DNA from: an uncultured Bacteroidota bacterium
GTDB taxonomy: Bacteria; Bacteroidota; Ignavibacteria; UBA10030; UBA6906
Assembly: GCA_963700635.1 (NCBI GenBank)
Contig: CAVOYH010000004.1
Span: 256,001 to 320,000, forward strand
Length of the DNA: 64,000 nt
Reading direction: 5' to 3'
This document shows, piece after piece, positions 29,192 to 38,232 of the stretch (position 1 is the first letter of the stretch; each line of letters opens with the position of its first letter). The notes beneath the pieces are model-generated. The model was not told where the DNA came from. It made no database searches and was given only the letters and a program-made list of their open reading frames with translations. Position numbers and translations under genes: made by a program.

Positions 29192-31465
29192 ATGGGGAAA
29201 TTTACTACAGAGGTTCATCTCAGCCGAGAGATGAAACTGCTGGATGTGACGATGATCGGCGTTGGCGCGATGATCGGTGCAGGCATCTTTGTTCTTACCG
29301 GAATTGCTGCCGGCGTCGCAGGACCGGCGCTGATCATCGCGTTCACTCTTAATGGTATTGTCGCGCTTCTGACGGCAATGTCGTACGCTGAACTCGGATC
29401 ATGTTATCATGACGCAGGCGGGGGGTACCTCTGGGTCAAGGAAGGCCTGCCCAAGTGGAATGGGTTTCTCTCCGGATGGATGAGCTGGTTCGCACATGCG
29501 GTCGCGTGCAGTCTGTATGCGCTCGGTTTCGGGGCATACTTTGAACATGTCCTCAAGGAGTTTGGCGTTTTTATTCCACACTGGGGTTTTCTGTCGCCGC
29601 AGAAACTGCTTGCTGTGGGAATTGCCATTGTCTTTGCGTACATCAATTTCCGCGGAGCTTCGGAAACAGGGAAGATAGGGAACATGGTGACGATGGCAAA
29701 GATCGTCATCCTTGCGATATTTATCGGATTTGGTCTCGAGCTGCTGCTCCGGCGCGGGGACGCGTCAGCTGCCTTCACGCCGTTCATGCCGAACGGTTGG
29801 GGAGGCGTCTTCAAGGCGATGGGTCTTACGTTTATCGCATTTCAGGGGTTCGAAGTCATCTCGCAATGCTCGGAGGAAGTCAGAAATCCCAAGAAAAACA
29901 TCCCGCGAGCAGTATTCCTCTCGCTCGTGATCGTGGTGCCAATCTATCTGCTCGTCGCCGTCACCTCGCTGGCTGCAGTCAGGCCAGAGGGTATGACGGC
30001 GTGGGACTATCTGGCGCAGCAGAAGGAAACCGCGCTTGTCGGTGTGGCGGAGACGTTCTTTGTGGGTGGAGGCGTGATGCTGCTGATCGGCGGGATCATT
30101 TCCACGATGTCCGCGCTGAACGCAACCGTGTACTCCTCCTCACGTGTGGCCTTCGCGCTGGGGCGGGACAGGAATTTTCCCGCTCTTTTCAGCAAGGTGC
30201 ACTCGAAAAAGTTCACTCCGCATTTTGCAATACTTGGTTCCATTGTCATTGTGGTGCTGATGTGTGTGTCGTTGCAGATTGAAGATGTTGCCTCGGCAGC
30301 CGATATCATGTTTTTGCTCCTCTTCCTGCAGGTGAACATTACCCTCATCCGCCTCCGGAAAAAGCGTCCCGACCTTGACAGAGGATTTGTTACTCCGCTT
30401 TTCCCCTATCTGACCATTGTCGGAATTGCGTTCCTGTTGTTTCTTGCCGTGTACATGGTCAACTACAGCCCGCTCGGCTGGCTGGTGACGGCAGGGTGGA
30501 TCGGCATTGGACTTGTTATCTATCGCACCTACGCATCGAAGAGGGAAATTGAGTATGTGAAAAAAGTGAAGGCCCTGGAACGCCTCGAACGGAAAGAGTT
30601 CACGATCCTTGTCCCGCTCTCGAACCCCGCGACAGCCAGAGGCCTGGTTGCCATCGCTATTGCGATCGCCAAGAAGCACAACGCCGAAATCCTGCTTCTT
30701 CACGTCATTGAAGTCGACCAGGGTGTGCCTCTCCGGGCTGGTATAGACAGAGGGGAACACGTGTTTCCGCTCCTTGAGGAAGGAAGAACCACGGTGGAAA
30801 AAATGGGGATTCCCGCACGCTCGATCGTTCAGGTCTCCCACAGAATCTCGCAAGGTATCCTTGAAACGGCAATCGAAGAGGACGTAAATTTTATTATTCT
30901 CGGACGCGAGAAACACCCGACTTTCCTGGATCGGATCAATGCAAGCGTCATTGATACTGTGCTTGACCAGGCGCCCTGCGAAGTTGCCATCCTGCACGGT
31001 GAGCTGGACCCGGAGAGCGTCAAAACGGTCCTGATCCCGTTCGGTGAGAACGTCCATACGCAGTTGGCGTTTGAAATAGCACCGGCGATTATTGCCCATT
31101 TTAAGAGTGCTGCCCAGGTGGCGGTGGTCTTTGAACCCGACACACCCTCGGAGCGACAGGCGGAACTCCTCACAAAGGTCGAAGGACGTATCACGGCAAG
31201 CGGCATCGCGGCGGATCTCAACGTCATACAGAACAAAGGGATACTGGAGGGTGTTGTCCAGGAGGGAAAAAAGACGGATCTCACCATCATGGGTGGGAGG
31301 TCGGGAGATTTCCTTGGATTGTTGTTGGGCCAATCGTTGACCCAGGAGATCACCGAACATTCAGATTCTCCCGTTCTCTGGGTAAACGAATACGAGGAAC
31401 AATCATCATTCTGGAAGGCGCTTTTCAGGCCCGTCGCAAAGGAGGCAGAGGAACATCATGGATAA
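29192..31465 (+). CDS. APC-family amino-acid permease fused to two C-terminal USP domains
   Basis: IGVGAMIGAGIFVL, YAELGS...AGGGY, FIAFQGFE, SSR..FA..RD; ILVPLSNP USP domain. ATG 29192 after CAGGAG. Confidence 0.9.
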   Translation: MGKFTTEVHLSREMKLLDVTMIGVGAMIGAGIFVLTGIAAGVAGPALIIAFTLNGIVALLTAMSYAELGSCYHDAGGGYLWVKEGLPKWNGFLSGWMSWFAHAVACSLYALGFGAYFEHVLKEFGVFIPHWGFLSPQKLLAVGIAIVFAYINFRGASETGKIGNMVTMAKIVILAIFIGFGLELLLRRGDASAAFTPFMPNGWGGVFKAMGLTFIAFQGFEVISQCSEEVRNPKKNIPRAVFLSLVIVVPIYLLVAVTSLAAVRPEGMTAWDYLAQQKETALVGVAETFFVGGGVMLLIGGIISTMSALNATVYSSSRVAFALGRDRNFPALFSKVHSKKFTPHFAILGSIVIVVLMCVSLQIEDVASAADIMFLLLFLQVNITLIRLRKKRPDLDRGFVTPLFPYLTIVGIAFLLFLAVYMVNYSPLGWLVTAGWIGIGLVIYRTYASKREIEYVKKVKALERLERKEFTILVPLSNPATARGLVAIAIAIAKKHNAEILLLHVIEVDQGVPLRAGIDRGEHVFPLLEEGRTTVEKMGIPARSIVQVSHRISQGILETAIEEDVNFIILGREKHPTFLDRINASVIDTVLDQAPCEVAILHGELDPESVKTVLIPFGENVHTQLAFEIAPAIIAHFKSAAQVAVVFEPDTPSERQAELLTKVEGRITASGIAADLNVIQNKGILEGVVQEGKKTDLTIMGGRSGDFLGLLLGQSLTQEITEHSDSPVLWVNEYEEQSSFWKALFRPVAKEAEEHHG

Positions 31466-32111
31466 CCCACTCGAAAAAGCTCTGTATGGAGTTTCTGAAA
31501 AATTTATTGCCTACCTCCCGAACCTGGTCGCCGGCATCGTGCTTATTGCCATCGGTTGGCTTCTCGGATGGCTCGTCAAACGAATCGTCGTGCAGGTGCT
31601 CCTGGTCCTGAGATTCGATCGGCTGCTCCGCCGGTTTCGATGGGGGTCCGGATTGGGCAAAGCCGATGTACGATACGCTATTGCCGAGTTTTTCGGCAAC
31701 GGGGTCTTTCTGATCGTGTTCATGATCCTGCTCAATGCCTCCCTCGAGGCGCTGCAGTTGACGGTGATCTCTGATGTCCTGACGGAGGGTGTCCTCTTTG
31801 TGCCGAAGCTGCTTGTTGCGATGTTTATCCTCGGACTCGGATGGTTTCTGGCGGGCTGGATTGCGGGAACGATTCAGCGGGCACTCACGAAGGAGGATAT
31901 TCCCAGGGCTACGCTCATTGCGCGGTTCACGAAAGTTGTCATCATGATCTTTTTTTCGGCGATGGCTCTTACCGAGCTGGATATTGCCCGCGAAATCGTC
32001 GTAATAGGATTTAGCGTAACGATCGTCACACTTGGCGTCCTGGCGGTCGTGATGACCTCAATCGGAGGAAGACGGTTTGTCGCCACGATCCTGGAGACCC
32101 TGGAGGAGTAA
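31458..32111 (+). CDS. Conserved TM-helix repeat membrane protein (CmpX/MscS-associated)
   Basis: Two 'Y/F.P.L..A..I...GW..A' helix repeats; coupled to the upstream gene. Confidence 0.8.
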   Translation: MDNPLEKALYGVSEKFIAYLPNLVAGIVLIAIGWLLGWLVKRIVVQVLLVLRFDRLLRRFRWGSGLGKADVRYAIAEFFGNGVFLIVFMILLNASLEALQLTVISDVLTEGVLFVPKLLVAMFILGLGWFLAGWIAGTIQRALTKEDIPRATLIARFTKVVIMIFFSAMALTELDIAREIVVIGFSVTIVTLGVLAVVMTSIGGRRFVATILETLEE

Positions 32112-32151
32112 ACCCCGGGGAGGAGATATGGCGGGAGGTGATGAGGCGGGG

Positions 32152-33150
32152 TTATTCGCCAGAACAGAGTTTGTTGAGCTTTAAGAGGTTAGCCCGCTCT
32201 CCGAGTGCGATGATCCGATCACCGGGTTCCAGCACCGCCGAGGATGTCGGGTTGTAGACAAACGTGCCATCAGACTTGTTCACCGTAATAACCATGATGT
32301 TGAAGTCCTGCCTGATGGAAGACCCTGCCAGAGTCTTGTGTGCGAGGGAAGAATGGCCCATCACCTGAAACTCTTCAATATTCAGATCCACCTTTTTGTC
32401 CCGGGCAACGATATCGATAAACTCGATGACGCCCGGTCGCACCAGCAGCTCGGCCATTTTTGATCCGGCAGTTTCATAAGGCTTGACCACGCGGTTGGCG
32501 CCGGCCTTGAGGAGCTTCGGTTCGGTTTCCTCCTCCACCGCCCGCGCAACCACGAAGATCTTCGGATTCAGCGATTTGGCGGAGAGCGTCGCAAACACAT
32601 TGTCGGCGTCAGAATCGAGCACGGCAACCAGCCCGCGTGCTTTCTCAATCCGTGCTTCTTCAAGCACATCATCACTCGTGGCATCTCCCAGGACGAACAC
32701 ATAATCCAATTCCCGGATAAGATCAATCTTGGCGGGGTCCTTTTCGATCACAACAAAAGGGGCTGCATTCTCGACGAGATTCTCACAAATGTATTTTCCC
32801 ATCTTTCCGTACCCACAGACAATGAAGTGATCGTGAAGATCAATCAACTTCTTGCTCATGCGCCGCCTCCAAAAAAGTTGGGTTTCGAACAAAACCTGTA
32901 CGGCCTTGCCCCCGGTGTAGGCAATAGAGCCGAACCCCAGAACTATAAGAATGATCGTGAAGGACCTCCCCGCCGGCGAAAGCCGGTGCACCTCCTGAAA
33001 TCCGGTCGTGGTGACGGAGATGACCGTCATGTAAATCGCGTCGAGGAAATCCCACCCTTCAATGAGCATATACCCGACCGGACCGATGAACATCGTCAGG
33101 ACAAGAAGAGTTATGCCAATTCTGAGTTGGTGTCGCGGGCTGTCAATCAA
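32152..33150 (-). CDS. RCK-gated potassium channel protein (2TM pore, TrkA-N, TrkA-C)
   Basis: DAIYMTVISVTTTGF pore; HFIVCGYGKMG Rossmann; GDAT; TrkA-C tail. The true start may be ATG 33157 if the A6 run carries one extra base. Confidence 0.88.
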   Translation of the reverse strand: MIDSPRHQLRIGITLLVLTMFIGPVGYMLIEGWDFLDAIYMTVISVTTTGFQEVHRLSPAGRSFTIILIVLGFGSIAYTGGKAVQVLFETQLFWRRRMSKKLIDLHDHFIVCGYGKMGKYICENLVENAAPFVVIEKDPAKIDLIRELDYVFVLGDATSDDVLEEARIEKARGLVAVLDSDADNVFATLSAKSLNPKIFVVARAVEEETEPKLLKAGANRVVKPYETAGSKMAELLVRPGVIEFIDIVARDKKVDLNIEEFQVMGHSSLAHKTLAGSSIRQDFNIMVITVNKSDGTFVYNPTSSAVLEPGDRIIALGERANLLKLNKLCSGE

Positions 33151-33374
33151 AAAACATGGCCGATTCGGTGATGAGTGACGCGGTGCTGCGGACCCCGCCT
33201 AACCTGCTGGCACTGTCCGGTGATACAATAATATACGAATTAGGATGACAAAATGGCTACTCTTCACTACATTGTCTTACAGAACCTCTGTGCCACAGTC
33301 GCCCCTTGACCGCAAATCCTCTTTTCATTTTGGCTGCTGGAGCGGAATGAAGGACATCACCAGGAGAATACGGG

Positions 33375-34691
33375 ATGATCAATTCGATCGGAATACGAAA
33401 AGAGACGAAGGATAAGACACAACGCCGTGTCCCACTTGCCCCCGGTCACGTCCGGGAGCTCATCCGCAGACACGGGATGACGATATTTGTTGAACCGTGG
33501 ACCCAGAGGGTCTTTAGCGACAGGGAATACAAGAATGCCGGCGCCATCCTGACGTCCGATCTCAGCAAAAGCAACATCGTTTTCGGGGTCAAGGAAATCG
33601 ATCCGGTCTTCATGGAAGAAAAAATGCCGTACTGTTTCTTCTCGCATACGATCAAGGGTCAGCCGTACAACATGGCAATGCTGCGGCATATATTGGCCCA
33701 CAAGAATACGCTTTTTGACTACGAGCTGGTGAGGGGCGAAGACAGGAAGCGTCTCATTTTTTTCGGCGACTTTGCAGGATATGCGGGCATGATCGATTCA
33801 TTCTGGGCTCTGGGTCGCCGGCTTATCTGGGAAGGAATTGACAATCCTTTTGCGCGGATCAAGTATGCCTCGAAATTTGACGGGTTGCGGGAGGCGCGGG
33901 AAGCCCTGAGGGAGACCGGCGAACGGATCTGGAAGAACGGTCTGCCAGAACAGATTGTGCCGTTTATTTGTGCATTCACCGGGTACGGTCGGGTATCCAG
34001 TGCGGCTCAGGAACTCTATGACCTGCTTCCCACAGTGGAGATTGAAGCCGAGAAGCTTCTGGCATTTGTGCGTGCGGGCCGGTTCTCGGACAGGGTTCTG
34101 TACAAGGTGCAGTTTCAGAAACCCGATATGTTCCATCACAAAAAGCCCGGAACCCGGTTCAACGTGGAACACTTTCAGAAACATCCTGAGTCGTACATAA
34201 ATCGGTTTGAGCAATACGTCCCCCATCTGACCATGATCATCAACGGTATCTACTGGGAACCACGATTCCCGCGATTACTCACCAAGAAGTTCATGAAGGC
34301 GTTGTACAGGAGTGAGAAACGACCCCGCCTGAGAGTTATCGGCGACATTACATGCGATATTGACGGCTCCATAGAATTGACCGTCAAGGAGACAGATGCC
34401 AGGAACCCGGTGTACGTGTATGAGCCGTCGTCAGGTAACGTGAGAGATGGGTGGGAGGGAAAGGGACCGGTTATTCTTGCGGTGGACAAACTCCCTGCGG
34501 AGCTCCCCCGGGAGGCCTCGGAATCGTTCGGCAACGCGCTGACTCCGTTTGTCCCTGAACTTGCTGCAGCAAAGTATTCGGGGCCGTTCGGCGAAGTCAA
34601 AATCCCGGAGGAGTTTAAGAAGGCGATGATCGTTCACCGCGGAGTGTTACGCCCGCGGTTTTCACATTTAAAAAAAGTTATCATTGAATAG
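33375..34691 (+). CDS. Lysine-2-oxoglutarate reductase (LKR) domain protein, AlaDH/PNT fold
   Basis: GIRKE.K...RR.PL.P, GVKEI, FFSHTIKGQ.YNM, DYE, FFG.FAG.AG, NGIYW..RFP, DITCD..GSIE, AVD.LP.ELP.EAS..F. Confidence 0.88.
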   Translation: MINSIGIRKETKDKTQRRVPLAPGHVRELIRRHGMTIFVEPWTQRVFSDREYKNAGAILTSDLSKSNIVFGVKEIDPVFMEEKMPYCFFSHTIKGQPYNMAMLRHILAHKNTLFDYELVRGEDRKRLIFFGDFAGYAGMIDSFWALGRRLIWEGIDNPFARIKYASKFDGLREAREALRETGERIWKNGLPEQIVPFICAFTGYGRVSSAAQELYDLLPTVEIEAEKLLAFVRAGRFSDRVLYKVQFQKPDMFHHKKPGTRFNVEHFQKHPESYINRFEQYVPHLTMIINGIYWEPRFPRLLTKKFMKALYRSEKRPRLRVIGDITCDIDGSIELTVKETDARNPVYVYEPSSGNVRDGWEGKGPVILAVDKLPAELPREASESFGNALTPFVPELAAAKYSGPFGEVKIPEEFKKAMIVHRGVLRPRFSHLKKVIIE

Positions 34692-34700
34692 GATTCGATC

Positions 34701-36050
34701 ATGAAACAGGTTCTCGTTTTAGGCGCTGGGCAGAGTACTTCATACCTGATCGCGCATCTGCTCGACCGCGCACAGGAACATGACTGGTTCGTCACAGTCT
34801 GTGATTCAAACGGTGCGCTTGCGCGGGAGCGCGTTGCCGGACACCCGCGGGGCCAGGCAATCTCTTTTGACATTAATGATTCGGCTGCGCGCACGGCGCT
34901 CATGACAAAGGCCCAGGTCGTCGTGAACATGCTGACCCGGCCCTACCAGTATCAGATAGCGTCGGACTGCATTAACAACGGCGCACACATGTTGAGCGCT
35001 TCGTATGAGGATCCCAAAGTGAGCGCACTTGAGGCCGATGCCCACAAGAAGAACGTGCTGATTCTCAACGAGATGGGGCTCGATCCGGGCATCGACCACA
35101 TGACTGCCATGTCGTTGATTCAGAAGGTGCGCTCCAATGGCGGCGTTGTGGCTAGCCTGCGCTCCTATGGAGGTGGTCTGCCGGCGCCCGAAGCCATCAC
35201 CAATCCCCTGCGCTATGCCATCACATGGAATCCGCGGAATGTGCTCATGGCGGGTGAGGATGGCGCACTCTACAAGGAAGATGGAAAACTCAAACTTCTT
35301 CCATTCCATCAGGTGTTTCAGAGAACCTGGTCGGTCGACATTGACGGACTGGGTACGTTCGAGGCCTACCCGAATCGGGACTCTCTCGCCTACAAAGCTG
35401 ATCTTGGGCTGGGAAAAGAAAGTACGATCATCAGGGGGACGCTCCGGTATCCCGGCTGGTGTGAGACGTGGCAGCAGGTCGTCCACCTCGGGCTCGCCAA
35501 TGAAGCCTTGCACATCGCCGAGCTCAAGAATATGACCTACCGTGAGCTGACGGAAATGTGCCTCCCTCCGTCGGGAGGGAAGTCAAAACTCGAACATCAG
35601 GTCGCAAATTACCTGGGCATCAGCCCGACCGGCCGGATCATGGAAAATCTCCGGTATCTTGGTTTGTTCTCCAAAGAGAAAATCGGCAGTAATGTCGATA
35701 CGGTTGCTGATGCAATGATCCATCTCATACGCGAAAAGCTGCAGATGCCTGAGGGGGCCCGTGACATTGTTATTCTCATGCATGAACTTGATGTAACGTA
35801 TCCTGAGGATGGGGGGAGAGCGGAGAAAATCACTGCCACGATGATCGAGTATGGCGAACCCGGTGGCTTCACCGCAATTGCAAAAACCGTTGGAATGCCG
35901 ATTGCGATTGCTGCGGAACTCTTGATGACAGACCGGTTATCTATCACGGGCTGCCTGATCCCTACGCATCCGGCGGTGTATGAACCTGTGCTTCAACTTT
36001 TGCAGCAGAACGGACTGGAATCGAAAGTGAGCGTCACCCCTGCCGCCTGA
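34701..36050 (+). CDS. Saccharopine dehydrogenase (SDH)
   Basis: VLGAG, ASY, NEMGLDPGIDHM, SYGGGLP, NPL.Y..TWNP, EAYPNRDS, RGTLRYPG, A.AKTVG.P. Confidence 0.92.
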   Translation: MKQVLVLGAGQSTSYLIAHLLDRAQEHDWFVTVCDSNGALARERVAGHPRGQAISFDINDSAARTALMTKAQVVVNMLTRPYQYQIASDCINNGAHMLSASYEDPKVSALEADAHKKNVLILNEMGLDPGIDHMTAMSLIQKVRSNGGVVASLRSYGGGLPAPEAITNPLRYAITWNPRNVLMAGEDGALYKEDGKLKLLPFHQVFQRTWSVDIDGLGTFEAYPNRDSLAYKADLGLGKESTIIRGTLRYPGWCETWQQVVHLGLANEALHIAELKNMTYRELTEMCLPPSGGKSKLEHQVANYLGISPTGRIMENLRYLGLFSKEKIGSNVDTVADAMIHLIREKLQMPEGARDIVILMHELDVTYPEDGGRAEKITATMIEYGEPGGFTAIAKTVGMPIAIAAELLMTDRLSITGCLIPTHPAVYEPVLQLLQQNGLESKVSVTPAA

Positions 36051-36060
36051 ATCGCGCTTC

Positions 36061-36267
36061 GTGCCGATCGCACTCACACCCGGGAAGAATGCAGCGGTAG
36101 CAGAGTTGCTCCAGAGGGCTGGCGTCCCCCTCTCCGAAGTTCATCTCGTGCAGAAGAATGGAGAATCAGTCGGGTTTGACAGCATCGTGACGCCCGGTGA
36201 CCGGTTGAGCATATATCCGGCGTTTGTGAGATTGAACGTCAGAGGACTCCAGCGCCTGCGGCGATAA
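36061..36267 (+). CDS. Stand-alone ubiquitin-like (Ub-Mut7C / ThiS-MoaD-like) protein or remnant
   Basis: V.ELL...GVP.SEV.L...NGESV.FD.....GDR.SIYP.F.......LR matches the Ub-like domain that precedes Mut7-C RNases; no C-terminal GG. Confidence 0.6.
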   Translation: MPIALTPGKNAAVAELLQRAGVPLSEVHLVQKNGESVGFDSIVTPGDRLSIYPAFVRLNVRGLQRLRR

Positions 36268-36280
36268 CCCTTCGGATCCC

Positions 36281-37345
36281 TTACACAGACACTTTTCGCG
36301 AGAGTGCAAAATCAACAATCATGCGAAGCGTGTGTGCAAATGACAAACCGGCCTTTTCCGCAGACTCCATAAATGAAACACCCTCCGTGAGATCCGGGTT
36401 GGGATTCACTTCCAGAACAAAGGGCCGGTTTTTCGCGTCCAGTCGAATGTCAAGCCGGGCGTAGTCGCGGCATTCAGTGATACGGTAGGCCAGCAGGGAA
36501 ATCTCCTCCACCTTTTTCTGTACCCGGGCCGACAGTTTGGCCGGGCAGATCGCGTGAAGGCGGTGATAGGCTTCGTCAAGCGGATTCCACTTGGCGGCAT
36601 AGCTGATGATGGAGGGATGATCGTCGGGGAGTTCCGAAAAATCAAATTCGATAATGGGCAGCACCTGAGGCGGAGAATTTCCCAGCACCGACACGTGCAG
36701 CTCGCGGCCCTCTATGAACTCTTCGACGATGATGGGAGGAGAGTACTCGGCGAACGCGAATTCCAGGCGGCGGGCGAGACTCGCATAATCATACACGACG
36801 GATCCCTTGTCGATGCCTGAGCTGGCATCTTCGCGGGCGGGTTTTACGATGAGCGGATACCGGAGTCCGTGACGTTTCGGCGCGACCGGCTCATGGAGAA
36901 TGCGATACCGCGGCGTGGGCACATTGTTGGCAAGCAGGAGCTGTTTTGCGAGCCCCTTGCGCTGACATAATGTGAGGGCGAATGGAGGTGCTCCTGTGTA
37001 CGCCACACGCGAAAGATCGTACAGCCCCGCAATCATCCCCTCGAGTCCCGGCACACCATGGAAAAACTCCACCAGGTTAAACACAACATCGGGGGGATCC
37101 TGCTGAAGTAACTGTTGAAGCGCAGAGAGGTTTTCATCGATGTTTACCGCGCGCGCTGAGACCCCTTCACTGTTCAGGGCATCAACAATGGCATCGATCT
37201 CCTCCGCAACAGTCGAGACGTTTATTGCATACTCCGGCGTAAAACCGAGAGAAGCAGGATCAATCTCCTTGAGCTTTTCGAATTCATCCTCTCCGACGTG
37301 ATTGTAGAGGACGACGACCCTGGGCTTGTGTTGTGTGTCTGTCAT
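36281..37345 (-). CDS. D-Ala-D-Ala-ligase-like ATP-grasp enzyme
   Basis: DVVFNLVE, YTG, PLIVKP..EDAS.GI, EEFIEGRE, Y.AKW, CRDYAR.D.R, LEVNPNPDL; lacks the N-terminal GG.S.E of canonical Ddl. Confidence 0.85.
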   Translation of the reverse strand: MTDTQHKPRVVVLYNHVGEDEFEKLKEIDPASLGFTPEYAINVSTVAEEIDAIVDALNSEGVSARAVNIDENLSALQQLLQQDPPDVVFNLVEFFHGVPGLEGMIAGLYDLSRVAYTGAPPFALTLCQRKGLAKQLLLANNVPTPRYRILHEPVAPKRHGLRYPLIVKPAREDASSGIDKGSVVYDYASLARRLEFAFAEYSPPIIVEEFIEGRELHVSVLGNSPPQVLPIIEFDFSELPDDHPSIISYAAKWNPLDEAYHRLHAICPAKLSARVQKKVEEISLLAYRITECRDYARLDIRLDAKNRPFVLEVNPNPDLTEGVSFMESAEKAGLSFAHTLRMIVDFALSRKVSV

Positions 37346-37432
37346 GGGCGATGTGGGATGGAGTAAATCATCATGAGAAAACAGGCCCGGAATCTCCGGG
37401 CCTGTGGGCAACGAGAACGGCATACTGCGAGA

Positions 37433-37978
37433 TCAGAGCTTATAGGACACTCCGATCTTGAGGAATCCGATGTCGTAGCCGAGTTCGGCAGTCGCGGCAA
37501 ATTTTGGTGAAAAATAATATCGGCCCCCTACGTAGATGCCAAAACCGAAATAACTCCCGCCGGCATTGTACGGGTGAAGTTTCTCGTTTTCGCCGGAGAA
37601 CTTTGCGCTGACGACGTGATACCCGAGCGTGAGACCACCGTAAAGGTCAATGTTCTTCACGTCTTTGAGAACCTCGCCGAAATGATACGAACCCCGGGCG
37701 CCGATGAAGATATATGAGTACGACCACTTGTCGCTGACGAACGAATAGGATGAAGTCGAATACGACACGACGCCACCAATCGAGATTTTTGGTTGTATCG
37801 CATGGTCAAACGAGAGAAACACAGGGGGCATGCCCGAGCTGCCATACGCGCCAGGATACCCGAGCCCCAGCCCGGCAGTGATAACACTTTCCCCCATTTT
37901 GGCCTGTGCAGAAGAAACGGAAACCGACAGCGTGGAAACGACGATAATCGCCGTAACGAGCACCAGTATCTTTTTCAT
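37433..37978 (-). CDS. Outer-membrane beta-barrel protein (OmpA/OmpW-like)
   Basis: Signal peptide; alternating beta strands; GGRYYF...AELGY...GVSYKL. Confidence 0.8.
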   Translation of the reverse strand: MKKILVLVTAIIVVSTLSVSVSSAQAKMGESVITAGLGLGYPGAYGSSGMPPVFLSFDHAIQPKISIGGVVSYSTSSYSFVSDKWSYSYIFIGARGSYHFGEVLKDVKNIDLYGGLTLGYHVVSAKFSGENEKLHPYNAGGSYFGFGIYVGGRYYFSPKFAATAELGYDIGFLKIGVSYKL

Positions 37979-38117
37979 TGACCATGCTCCCGGAGAAGTG
38001 AGTCGGTGTGGAACTGTGGTTTTCTATGCTGTCAAATATAGAGCTTTTTGTTCTTATCCACAAATACATTGATCGGCCTGTTTGTGTCGCGAACACTCCA
38101 TGCCAGTCGCTGCTTCG

Positions 38118-38146
38118 TTGACAATCCTCCGGGTGCGGTGTATATT
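38118..38146 (+). promoter_or_regulatory. Sigma70-type promoter TTGACA-N17-TATATT
   Basis: TTGACA 38118-38123, TATATT 38141-38146; upstream of GH78. Confidence 0.7.
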
Positions 38147-38232
38147 GTGTCCGCATATCATCCCCAAATCCATTCAGACCGAGCACTCTTGCCTATGAAA
38201 CACGACATGATGAACCAGCCAAAGGACAGATT

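Noticed and set aside
30140-31360. 406-aa minus-strand ORF and similar long antisense ORFs (e.g. 13436-14260, 19874-20746)
   Set aside because: They lie fully antisense to well-supported genes, as expected at this GC content.
33150-33375. Possible c-di-AMP or lysine riboswitch between the K+ channel and LKR genes
   Set aside because: No consensus elements recognised by eye; an Infernal/Rfam scan would be needed to exclude it formally.
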